This document shows positions 40,614-49,532 of a DNA stretch of 64,000 bases, piece by piece. This DNA comes from an uncultured Candidatus Saccharibacteria bacterium. Lineage in GTDB: Bacteria; Patescibacteriota; Minisyncoccia; Phycocordibacterales; UBA9973. The number at the start of each line of letters is the position of its first letter. Within the stretch, counting starts at the first letter, position 1. The DNA is taken from NCBI GenBank assembly GCA_964404925.1, contig CAYOLW010000001.1:105408-169407 (forward strand), in the 5' to 3' direction. The notes under the pieces are model-generated. The model was not told where the DNA came from. It worked only from the letters and a program-made list of their open reading frames with translations, and did not search any database. The position numbers and the translations under genes were made by a program.

Positions 40614-41961
40614 GATAACCTTTTGCGGCGGAGCAGGATCAGTAACTGGCGCCAATTTTTTAATAGAAGTTGAAAATAAAAAAATTCTTGTAGACTGTGG
40701 ATTACAGCAGGGGACAAAAATGGCCGATGAAGTAAACTGGCAGCCATTTGCCTATGACGCACACTCTATTGATATTTTGTTTGTTACGCATGCTCACATA
40801 GACCACTTGGGCAGGGTACCGAAATTAATTGAGGATGGTTTTGCTGGCAAAATATATTCCACATTACCGACCAAAGCACTCGCTTTGCCTATGCTTGAAG
40901 ACACTGCTTTTATTCTAGGACATAATCACGAACTTAATTTGGGTGAGATTTATAGTGATCATAATTTAAAAACGGCATTGTCCCTATGGGAAGGCTTTCC
41001 ATACTACGAGAAGACTGAGATAACACCAGAATTATCTTTCACCTTATACAATGCTGGGCACATATTGGGTTCTGCGATGATTGCTTTTGACTACAATGGT
41101 AAAAGAATTTTGTTTACTGGAGATTTGGGTAATAGTCCTTCACCAATTTTACCAGACACTGATAAGGTGGAAAACGTAGATTACTTGATTATGGAATCCG
41201 TATATGGAGACAGAAATCATGAATCAAGAGACGAACGTAAAAAAATGCTTGAAACGGTTATTGAAGATAACTATAAACGTAAGGGTACACTCATGCTACC
41301 AACTTTCTCACTAGAGCGTTCACAAGAATTACTCTTTGAACTTAATGATTTGGTAGAAAACAAACGAATTCCAATGATGCCGATATTTTTTGATTCTCCT
41401 CTGGCTATTCGTTTGACCGAGATATTTAAACAATTCAAAGACTATTTCAATGAAAATGCACAGAAAGCTATGGTGCATGACAAGTATATTTTTGAATTTC
41501 CAGGCTTAAAAACAACATTAAAAACCGAGGAATCAAAAATGATTGTGAATACCCCAGATCCAAAGGTCATCATTGCTGGTAGTGGTATGTCCAATGGTGG
41601 TAGAATAGTGCACCACGAGAAGGAATACTTACCAAGTGCTAAAAATACGTTGTTGTTAACTGGTTACCAGTCAGCAGGAACCTTGGGTAGACTTATTCAG
41701 GAAGGTGTAAAAACCGTTAGAATAGCCGGTGAAGAGGTTAAGGTAAAAGCCAATATTGTTACCATACTTGGATATTCTGGGCACAAAGATTCTGATGGAT
41801 TGGTTAATTTTGTCTCAGATATGCAGGATACTCTGCAGAAAGTTTTTGTTGTAATGGGTGAACCTAAATCCTCGATGTTCTTGGTTCAAAAGTTGAAAGA
41901 CAACTTAGGACTTGATGCGGTTATGCCACAAGAAGGCGATAGTATTACGCTCGAGTTATAA
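40597..41961 (+). CDS. MBL-fold beta-CASP ribonuclease
   Basis: THAHIDH, AGHILGS, MESVYG, GSGM, SGHKD. Confidence 0.92.
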   Translation: MQKKIKITFCGGAGSVTGANFLIEVENKKILVDCGLQQGTKMADEVNWQPFAYDAHSIDILFVTHAHIDHLGRVPKLIEDGFAGKIYSTLPTKALALPMLEDTAFILGHNHELNLGEIYSDHNLKTALSLWEGFPYYEKTEITPELSFTLYNAGHILGSAMIAFDYNGKRILFTGDLGNSPSPILPDTDKVENVDYLIMESVYGDRNHESRDERKKMLETVIEDNYKRKGTLMLPTFSLERSQELLFELNDLVENKRIPMMPIFFDSPLAIRLTEIFKQFKDYFNENAQKAMVHDKYIFEFPGLKTTLKTEESKMIVNTPDPKVIIAGSGMSNGGRIVHHEKEYLPSAKNTLLLTGYQSAGTLGRLIQEGVKTVRIAGEEVKVKANIVTILGYSGHKDSDGLVNFVSDMQDTLQKVFVVMGEPKSSMFLVQKLKDNLGLDAVMPQEGDSITLEL

Positions 41962-41983
41962 TATTAATATATAATATTCAAGA

Positions 41984-42589
41984 ATGGACGCACTAAAGAA
42001 AAATCCATACGACAAACACGGACATCAACAGATTAAAATTTGTGTAGCTGGTGCAGCGGAAACAGGTATCTGTGGTATTGATGCGTTAGACAAAGCCAAG
42101 GACTTGGGTAAAGAAATAGCTCGCAGTGGTGCCATACTCATAACCGGGGCTACTGGGGGTTTCCCGATGTGGGTGGCTATGGGTGCCAAGGAAGTTGGTG
42201 GATTGGTTATTGGCTTTTCTCCAGCAGCCAATGAGAACGAACATGCGAATATATACAAGCTTCCATTAGATTATCTAGATTTGGTTGTTTATACTGGGTT
42301 TGGTTATCCTGGACGAGATATACTAATGACTCGTTCTGCTGATGCTGTTATTTGCGGTTGTGGACGCATTGGTACAGTGCATACATTCACTGTAGCTTTC
42401 GAAGAAAATAAACCTATTGGTATTTATAAGGGACCTTGGGAGACCGGGGAGGAGCTTGAAGAAATACTAAAGAAGAGTCAGCATAGCAGAGAAAAAATAT
42501 TTACCGGCGATGAACCTAAAAAATTACTACAAGATATAATAACGGCTGTCCGTAAAGAAAAGGTAGAGGAATATAAAATAGTAAATTAA
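41984..42589 (+). CDS. LOG/SLOG family protein
   Basis: ITGATGG, GFSPA, YTGFG, GRIGT. Confidence 0.8.
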   Translation: MDALKKNPYDKHGHQQIKICVAGAAETGICGIDALDKAKDLGKEIARSGAILITGATGGFPMWVAMGAKEVGGLVIGFSPAANENEHANIYKLPLDYLDLVVYTGFGYPGRDILMTRSADAVICGCGRIGTVHTFTVAFEENKPIGIYKGPWETGEELEEILKKSQHSREKIFTGDEPKKLLQDIITAVRKEKVEEYKIVN

Positions 42590-42621
42590 ACCCCGTCGCT
42601 CGCGAGCGACGGGGTTTAATT
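42584..42621. repeat. Perfect 38-bp palindrome between convergent genes
   Basis: aattaaaccccgtcgctcg|cgagcgacggggtttaatt. Confidence 0.85.
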
Positions 42622-42648
42622 GGGTGGTGGTGAATTAATCAGATATTA

Positions 42649-42993
42649 TTACTTCGCCTTGATCAGAACTCTTTTGAATGTTTCTGGATTGTTTTCGGCT
42701 AGGTTGGCTAGGATTTTGCGATCAAGGGCGATTTTGTTTTTCTTTAAAGCGGCGATAAGCTTGGAGTAGGTAATACCGTTCTCTCGGCCAGCTGCGTTAA
42801 TCTTTAGATTCCATAGCTTACGGAAGTCTGACTTCTTGTCCTTGCGGTGAGCGAAAGCATAGGTACCAGCGTGCAGTAATCCTTCTTTTGCTTGTCGTTC
42901 CTTGCTACTGCGTCCGTGCCTAAAGCCTTTTGCCTGCTTTAGAATACTTCTCCTTCTTTTTAATGCGTGAACTCCTTTCTTAACTCTTGTCAT
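42649..42993 (-). CDS. rplT: 50S ribosomal protein L20
   Basis: MTRVKKG, FRKLW, INAA, LDRKILA. Confidence 0.98.
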   Translation of the reverse strand: MTRVKKGVHALKRRRSILKQAKGFRHGRSSKERQAKEGLLHAGTYAFAHRKDKKSDFRKLWNLKINAAGRENGITYSKLIAALKKNKIALDRKILANLAENNPETFKRVLIKAK

Positions 42994-43011
42994 GGTAGAT
43001 TTCTACTGTTT

Positions 43012-43197
43012 TTAGCTAAATGGTAATAAATGGCTTTTTGGCTTGTTCTTCATTATGAAGTTGGTGCCTTTCTTGCCGGCTAATTGGGTACTGCGAGATT
43101 GCTTGGCGTTAAAGTGGTTAAAGCCAGGCTTTCGTGCAATCAATTTTCCCGTTTTTGTTAACTTCAGTCTTTTTGTAAATGACTTATTTGTTTTCAT
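43012..43197 (-). CDS. rpmI: 50S ribosomal protein L35
   Basis: MKTNKS..KR.K.TKTGK; between infC and rplT. Confidence 0.93.
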   Translation of the reverse strand: MKTNKSFTKRLKLTKTGKLIARKPGFNHFNAKQSRSTQLAGKKGTNFIMKNKPKSHLLPFS

Positions 43198-43205
43198 AAA
43201 AAATA

Positions 43206-43718
43206 TTATTTGGCTTTCTCGATTGTTATTGTTAGCCCTTTTGGACCTTTTTTATAATTTTCTGCTATCTTGTAGTTTTCTGTAATTAAATGTAGTACTC
43301 TATCCAACCTTTCTCTTAGGAACCTTTCATCCATGAATTTGGTACGGCCGGTTAGATACAATTCTATTTTTATTCGATGACCTTCTTTAATCCACTTAGA
43401 AGCAGTTTTGGCTTTAAGTCCTAAATCGTGATCACCGGTACCGATTTTAATCTGAATAGATTTGGTTTCGGTTGGCTTTGCGCCTTGTTTGTTTTTCTTT
43501 AATTTTTTGCTTTGTTCGTATTGATACTTACCAAAATCCATTATCTTCGCAACTGGAGGAAGGGCATTAGGCGATATTTCAATAAGGTCTAAATCAGCCG
43601 CCTGGGCTTGTTCCAATGCTTCTTTGAGACTCAAAAGGCCAATATTTTCATTGTTTGGACCGATGACTCGAAGTTCCGCTGCTCGTATTTGGTTGTTGAT
43701 TCGTTCACGCAAGGCAAT
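43206..43718 (-). CDS. infC: Translation initiation factor IF-3 (probable ATT start at 43718)
   Basis: INNQIR, LDLIEI, PPVAKIMDFGK; in-frame ATT two codons before TTG 43712 and no upstream ATG. Confidence 0.93.
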   Translation of the reverse strand: MALRERINNQIRAAELRVIGPNNENIGLLSLKEALEQAQAADLDLIEISPNALPPVAKIMDFGKYQYEQSKKLKKNKQGAKPTETKSIQIKIGTGDHDLGLKAKTASKWIKEGHRIKIELYLTGRTKFMDERFLRERLDRVLHLITENYKIAENYKKGPKGLTITIEKAK

Positions 43719-43800
43719 AAGCTAAAGCTAGCTAGATATTATCTTAGATTCAAGCGAAAGTCAATAAGCGCAACTTGCTAAACTATGCTAAGCTCAAAGC

Positions 43801-44502
43801 ATGGATAGCCGGTTTCATAAAGACGAAAAAGTGCTTATTTTAGACTTTGACCATACACTGTATGACACAGATGCATTACTACTGTTTGAAATGAGACACC
43901 GGATACTTGATCTGTTTAAAATAAACCAAGAAGTGTGGGAGAGCACTTACGAGGCCGCTGTGATGCGTGGATACACCCTCAAGGTCCACGGTGAGGAAAT
44001 AGCCAAGGTTTTGGGCAAAGACGCTTTGCCGGAGGAAGCTATAGAGAAGCTTGAAGAAGCGATGGATTTCTCAAAATATTTGTATCCGGACACAGTAGAA
44101 TTTATAAACAAGGCCAAGGAGGCAGGATACAAAACCATGATTTTGTCTTTTGGTGCAGAAAGTTGGCAGAAAAAGAAAATACATGCCACTGGGCTTGATT
44201 CGATAGTAGATGTTATTAAATACACTCGTGAACAGGGAGGTAAGGTTGGTGTAATTGGTAAATATACTGAAGGTTGCCGCAAGGTTATGTTCATAGATAA
44301 TTCTGCACGAGAGATAGACAATGTCCGCAGATTCTTGCCCTATATCGAAACATATATCATGAACAGGGTTCCACCTGTGCCTCGGAATAAAGATGAAGAA
44401 AAGTATATGCAAATGCGCTACATGGAATCTAGAAAAATGTCAGAAAAGAAACCTGCCTTTTTGCATAAAAAATGCAAGGATTTAAACGAAGTTAAAATAT
44501 AA
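43801..44502 (+). CDS. HAD-superfamily hydrolase
   Basis: LDFDHTLYD motif I, ILSFG, FIDN. Confidence 0.85.
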   Translation: MDSRFHKDEKVLILDFDHTLYDTDALLLFEMRHRILDLFKINQEVWESTYEAAVMRGYTLKVHGEEIAKVLGKDALPEEAIEKLEEAMDFSKYLYPDTVEFINKAKEAGYKTMILSFGAESWQKKKIHATGLDSIVDVIKYTREQGGKVGVIGKYTEGCRKVMFIDNSAREIDNVRRFLPYIETYIMNRVPPVPRNKDEEKYMQMRYMESRKMSEKKPAFLHKKCKDLNEVKI

Positions 44503-45492
44503 ATGAATCCAGCAGAAGTTTTAAAAAAATATCCAAATTTTGAAAAAGATTTTTCTATCCACGAATTCGGTGTGGGTGCGACGAACACAACCTATCGAGT
44601 AGACAGAGGAGGTGAATTATTTATTTTACAAAAAATGCATGCTGTGTTTAGCAGAGAATTAATAGAGGACATAGATACTGTCACCAAGCATTTAGCAGGG
44701 CAGGGTATTTTAACAGGGCAGGTGATCCGGACCCTAGACGGAAGGCTGTTCGTAGAAGACGCAGATTCTTGGTGGAGAATGTTTACTTATGTAACAGGGA
44801 ATATTTTTACTGCAATTGAAGGTGAACAAATGGCAGAGAGTGCGGGCAGACTGATTGGTACTTGGCATCAGGCTTTAGCTAATCTGGAATATGATTTCAA
44901 ATTTCAAATTCCTGATTTTCATAATGTTGAATTAACTCTTGAAAAGCTTGCAGAAATACTTATAGAGTGTGTGCACGATGCTAAATATGAATCATTAAAA
45001 CCCTTGGCTTTGAATGTACTAAAAGACTATAAATCCTTACCGAAAATTGATAACCTACCGATCCGTATTATTCACGGAGACTTGAAAATTAGTAATGTTG
45101 TTTTTGATGAAAATGGTGAAGCTGTTTCAATCATCGACCTTGATACATTTATGCATTCGACTATTGCCATCGAGATGGGGGATGCGCTACGCAGCTGGTG
45201 CATGCCGGGTGGGGAGGATACCGACTATGTCAGGTTTGACCGGGGGATATATGACGCAGCGCTTAAAGGGTATTTTGAAACAGCAGAATTCTTAACAGAA
45301 GAAGAAAAAGCATCTATACCTTATGGAGTAAAATTAATTACACTTGAGTTAACAGCGAGATTCATCATTGATGCTTTCACCGAAAGTTATTTCAAATTGA
45401 ATAGCAGCTACCCGAGCCTGTACGAGCAAAACAAAAAACGCGCAGAGAATCAATACGCGTTTTTCCAATCTTTTAGCGAAGCAGAAATGTAG
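44503..45492 (+). CDS. Aminoglycoside phosphotransferase-family kinase (possible amino-sugar kinase)
   Basis: HGDLKISN, IDLDT, GDALRS. Confidence 0.85.
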   Translation: MNPAEVLKKYPNFEKDFSIHEFGVGATNTTYRVDRGGELFILQKMHAVFSRELIEDIDTVTKHLAGQGILTGQVIRTLDGRLFVEDADSWWRMFTYVTGNIFTAIEGEQMAESAGRLIGTWHQALANLEYDFKFQIPDFHNVELTLEKLAEILIECVHDAKYESLKPLALNVLKDYKSLPKIDNLPIRIIHGDLKISNVVFDENGEAVSIIDLDTFMHSTIAIEMGDALRSWCMPGGEDTDYVRFDRGIYDAALKGYFETAEFLTEEEKASIPYGVKLITLELTARFIIDAFTESYFKLNSSYPSLYEQNKKRAENQYAFFQSFSEAEM

Positions 45493-45585
45493 CTTTTCTC
45501 CAGTACGGAATTTTTGAAGCTTAAAAATTCCTGAAGTTGGCTCGCCGTCGCTCGCCAAACCCCTCCGAAAAGCTACATTTCTGCT
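45480..45585. repeat. Branched palindrome: 19-bp outer inverted repeat with two inner hairpins
   Basis: agcagaaatgtagcttttc / gaaaagctacatttctgct; inner ggaattttt/aaaaattcc and ttggc/gccaa. Confidence 0.8.
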
Positions 45586-46342
45586 AGCTCATTTCCTGAA
45601 TAATTTGATCCATCATGAGTGCTGCCGGGAGGCGAGCGACATCAAGCGGTACAAAGTAATCTCCTTCAACCTTGCTTGCGTCCGCTGATACGGATATACC
45701 TGCAGCATCAATCATTTCTTTATCATTTAGATTGTCTCCAATAGCCAGCACTTCACCCTCGGCCAAGCCCAGGTAGTTCCTGTATGCAGAGAGGCCCACT
45801 GCTTTGTTCTGAATTCCTTTGACCCCGATGTCATATGCTTCGCCGTTCCAGATGGCATACAGGCGGTCATTCTCGGCGACGATGTTTTCAATCTCTGGGA
45901 CTCTATCTGTACAATGGATGGTGATTATTAATTCTTTGGGTTCAAAGCCTTTCACGTTTTCGTGTCTGGACTCGATGCCGCGTAATTTCAAAAAAGTTTC
46001 TTGCAAATGGTCAAAGCTGTTCACGTGCTGGATTATTTCTCCGCGGTGCCAGGTGGCGCTGCCGTTCTCGTATGTGAGACTGGTAAAGGGAAGTATGTCT
46101 CGGAAAACTTCTTGCAGCATATACAACCCGCGTCCAGAATTGATATTGATCATGAACCCTAGTTCTTTTAATTTCTTGATCTGCTCAATCTGCTCGGGGG
46201 CGATGTGTTTCGTCTCGAGTGTTGTAATGTTATTTGATTGTTTTATATTCGTTCCACGGGGGACCAATACTCCATCTACATCGAAAACTATTAGTTTAAT
46301 ATTTTTCAAAACATCCTTCGTTAGTTCCTCAATTGGTTTCAT
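45584..46342 (-). CDS. HAD-IIB (Cof-like) hydrolase
   Basis: FDVDGVL, NSGR, ENG, NK, IGDNLND. Confidence 0.88.
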   Translation of the reverse strand: MKPIEELTKDVLKNIKLIVFDVDGVLVPRGTNIKQSNNITTLETKHIAPEQIEQIKKLKELGFMININSGRGLYMLQEVFRDILPFTSLTYENGSATWHRGEIIQHVNSFDHLQETFLKLRGIESRHENVKGFEPKELIITIHCTDRVPEIENIVAENDRLYAIWNGEAYDIGVKGIQNKAVGLSAYRNYLGLAEGEVLAIGDNLNDKEMIDAAGISVSADASKVEGDYFVPLDVARLPAALMMDQIIQEMS

Positions 46343-46403
46343 GAGTTAATTCTAAGCTTTTTATTCCTAGCGTCAAATGGGAAAATTATGTTATTATAAC
46401 AAT

Positions 46404-47570
46404 ATGCAAAAGGAAACTGTTCCATTTGTGAATAAAAATAATCTAGTTTGGTGTCGAGAAAAATCTGGTTTAACTATTAATCAGGTCTATGAAAAAGCTA
46501 AGTGGTCATCAAAAACTCATAAAATTGAAAAATGGGAAGCCGGTTCAGATTTTCCTACCATAGATGACTTAAAAAAGCTTGGTAAAATTTACAAAAAGGC
46601 TTGGACACTTTTTGTTTTTGAGCAAGATTTGAAAAATTTAGATTTCATGGTAATGAAAGATTTTCGTGGCTGTATCTCAGATTCTAAAGGGGAAGAAAAG
46701 AGTGAAATAATTCAGTTTCTAAATGAAATAGAACGTCGACAACTATTTGTCATTGAATTCTCTAATGCCCTTGAAATTATCGGTAATAAAAGTTTTGGTT
46801 CGTTGACTGAAGTAAAGGATGTTAATGTCGTTGCGAATAAAATAATCCAAAATCTTAATCTTAATATGGAAGAATTTCGCAGAAAGAAAACAAGATTAGA
46901 AGCCTTAAATTTCTTGCAAGAAGAATTGGGGCGAAATAATATATTTGTTTCTTTTTCTAGCACCAATCCACATAAAAAAATAAGTCTTGAACATATGCGT
47001 GGGGTTTTAATGAGGTCTTTTCTGGCACCAATTATTGGTATTAATTCTGCAGAAAAGTCGGTGGGCGCTAAGATTTTTACTATTTTTCATGAGCTTGCAC
47101 ACCTGTACACAGAAAAGGTTGATCATGATGTTTTAATTGACACTATTAATTTTCGAGATTTAGGTAAGCGTAATACAAAAGAGGGCTTGTGTGATCAGAT
47201 AGCTGCAGAAATATTAGTACCCCGTAATATTCTTGTTGAATTAAAAGGCACTTCATTCAATCCAGAGATTGTTAAGAAATATTGTATTTATTTGAAAGTT
47301 AATCGTGAGCCTTTTTTAATACGTGCAAAAGAACATGGTTTAATTAGTGAACAAGAATTTAACTCATTAAAAAATATTTCGGTTGAAGAACAAATTAAAA
47401 AAAATAAAAAAGGTAATCCGGATGGCGGTTTATTGCATATTTTGAAAAATGGCAAGTCTTTTATGCGGCTTGTTAATTCTCTTTACTCAACAGGCCTAAT
47501 ATCATATTCACAAGCACTAGGTGCTTTAAATACAAAATCCAATGCTTTTAATAAATATGTAATTAGATAG
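46404..47570 (+). CDS. XRE-family HTH fused to ImmA/IrrE zinc metallopeptidase (COG2856-like)
   Basis: N-terminal HTH (WCREKSGLT...IEKWEAG...PTIDDLKKL); FTIFHELAH; E..CDQIAAEILVP. Confidence 0.88.
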   Translation: MQKETVPFVNKNNLVWCREKSGLTINQVYEKAKWSSKTHKIEKWEAGSDFPTIDDLKKLGKIYKKAWTLFVFEQDLKNLDFMVMKDFRGCISDSKGEEKSEIIQFLNEIERRQLFVIEFSNALEIIGNKSFGSLTEVKDVNVVANKIIQNLNLNMEEFRRKKTRLEALNFLQEELGRNNIFVSFSSTNPHKKISLEHMRGVLMRSFLAPIIGINSAEKSVGAKIFTIFHELAHLYTEKVDHDVLIDTINFRDLGKRNTKEGLCDQIAAEILVPRNILVELKGTSFNPEIVKKYCIYLKVNREPFLIRAKEHGLISEQEFNSLKNISVEEQIKKNKKGNPDGGLLHILKNGKSFMRLVNSLYSTGLISYSQALGALNTKSNAFNKYVIR

Positions 47571-47574
47571 ATTT

Positions 47575-48063
47575 ATGGAAGTAAACAAATCAGCACTATA
47601 TGTTTTCGATAGTAACTGTTTTATTGAGCCTTGGAATAAGTTTTATTCTTACGAATTTTTTGAGCAATACTGGGATAAGTTTTTAAAAAAAAGTTTAAGC
47701 GATTGCACAGTCTTAATTCAAGAAGAAGTTTATAATGATATTCTAAAAAAAGATGATGGTCTTAATCGTTGGTTGAAAGGTTTTAAGATAGAAATTGTTA
47801 AAACTGATATAAGTATAACTCGAGAAGTTGCGGCTATAAATAATAAATTCCCAAAGTTGACAAAAGAATATAGTGGTAGATCTTTTTCAGATCCTTTTGT
47901 AATAGCACTAGCTAGGTTTCGTAAGGCAACAGTTGTAACCATGGAAGATTTCGGTAGTGAAAATAAACCAAAAATACCATTTGTATGTGACCAAATGGGT
48001 GTTAAATGTATTGATTTATTTAAGTACTTAAAGATTGAAGGCGTATCTTTTTCAATCAAATAA
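47575..48063 (+). CDS. DUF4411-like PIN-fold protein
   Basis: YVFDSNCFI, EVYNDI, DPFVIALA, VVTME, KIPFVC. Confidence 0.8.
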   Translation: MEVNKSALYVFDSNCFIEPWNKFYSYEFFEQYWDKFLKKSLSDCTVLIQEEVYNDILKKDDGLNRWLKGFKIEIVKTDISITREVAAINNKFPKLTKEYSGRSFSDPFVIALARFRKATVVTMEDFGSENKPKIPFVCDQMGVKCIDLFKYLKIEGVSFSIK

Positions 48064-48072
48064 TTTTTTGTT

Positions 48073-48171
48073 GTGGACTTAGTAGCGAAAAGTGCGAACC
48101 AAATGAGAGCCTTTATAAATCAATGGTCAGAGTTCTTTAAACATAACAAACCAAACTTTCAAACAACCTAA
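48073..48171 (+). other. Displaced 3' end of the recombinase gene at the left att junction
   Basis: VDLVAKSANQMRAFINQWSEFFKHNKPNFQTT*; in frame with recombinase codon 526 if joined at GTGGA. Confidence 0.65.
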
Positions 48172-48239
48172 AACCTTTATTTTAAAACATTTTATTGCTT
48201 ATTAGATATCACAATAAGAGTATTGAATACTATCTATTA

Positions 48240-49517
48240 CTACAGGTTCTTAAAATAAAAGTCTGGCAGAACAACTTTTAATTCTTCGTTAGCTGCACGA
48301 TAGCGATCTGGCGAGTGCGGAGTTGATGGATATTTATCAACGTCTTGAGGATTAGGTCTTTCTATTAGTTTTATGTCAAAAGTATTAAGTATTTCCTTGT
48401 CTTCACCGACAACTAACCTGTTTGTATATTGTAAGTAGGAATTGTTTGTTATTAATATAAGTCTAGCTATTTCATTTCCAGCACTAATAGCTTTTACCTT
48501 AACAAACTGTTTAAAGTAAGAGTAATTATCTTGGACATTAATGTATTTTGATGCTGTAACAGCAATACATATAAGTCTATTAGGTTTATATCCCAGCCTT
48601 GATAGTTCAATGTAATCAAGATTGGCTTGTCTTAATATGAGCTTTATTTTTCTCATAGTCATTTCGGGATATCTTATGTGTATGTACTCTAAAAACTCAG
48701 TAAGTTTTTTATCTTCACCTATAGTGTCAGTTGGATCAGCTTCAAATACATCAGCTACAAAATCTTGTAAATTACTCTCACTTTTTTTATTAAAAAACTC
48801 AATATAATCAAAACATTTTAAGTATGTTTCAATGTTGTCTTCATAACTTTTATTTGATACAGCAACAATAACGGTAACTTGTTTTTGTAAGGTATTTTTA
48901 GTTAAAAACTGTCTAAATGTTTCTAAAAAGAAAAGTCCATCTGGTCCTGATCTATCTATGTCTTCAATAACAAAAACTATCTTATCTTTATCCACTGCAT
49001 TAATAAGTGAGGTAAAAATATCTTGTATTTCAAACACTCGTCTTGCTGGAGACTTATCAGCAAAGTATTCAAGATTTTTTACAAGTCCAAATAGTGGTTC
49101 AAGTAACTTAGGTAACCCAAAAGCAGTAGTTGCAACATTCAAGATAGAACCAGCGGTATTTATTCCTAGTTTCTTGTCTTTACCAGATTGCCCATCAACT
49201 TCTCGTTTAACTTTTTCAAGCATACTTAGTTGTCTAGCTGTTTCAAGGATTAGCCCGTCCCATAATTCTTTGCGCTCTGGAAATTGCCAAGCATCAAAAT
49301 GGACCCACTGCTCAGTTGTTTCTTTTTGTTTTCTAATCTGTTCAATCAAGGTACTCTTTCCAACACCAAAAGGTCCGATAATTCCTATTATTTGAGAACC
49401 TTTCTTTGATTGCAACTTCTCAGTTAGCGTACTTACCGAAGAAGAGATATTAAGATAGTCTTTATCAGAAACTTTTTCTTCTAGTAAATCAACATTTTTT
49501 ATAAAACCATTTTTCAT
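48240..49517 (-). CDS. KAP-family P-loop NTPase
   Basis: GPFGVGKST, HFDAWQF, VFVIEDIDR, YLKCFD, MRKIK. Confidence 0.85.
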   Translation of the reverse strand: MKNGFIKNVDLLEEKVSDKDYLNISSSVSTLTEKLQSKKGSQIIGIIGPFGVGKSTLIEQIRKQKETTEQWVHFDAWQFPERKELWDGLILETARQLSMLEKVKREVDGQSGKDKKLGINTAGSILNVATTAFGLPKLLEPLFGLVKNLEYFADKSPARRVFEIQDIFTSLINAVDKDKIVFVIEDIDRSGPDGLFFLETFRQFLTKNTLQKQVTVIVAVSNKSYEDNIETYLKCFDYIEFFNKKSESNLQDFVADVFEADPTDTIGEDKKLTEFLEYIHIRYPEMTMRKIKLILRQANLDYIELSRLGYKPNRLICIAVTASKYINVQDNYSYFKQFVKVKAISAGNEIARLILITNNSYLQYTNRLVVGEDKEILNTFDIKLIERPNPQDVDKYPSTPHSPDRYRAANEELKVVLPDFYFKNL

Positions 49518-49532
49518 AACGCCTAAATCTTA

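Noticed and set aside
46343-46403. Second att site that would include the ImmA/PIN pair in the island
   Set aside because: No TGTGGA or tmRNA-end copy is visible here, so the element boundary is kept at 48072.
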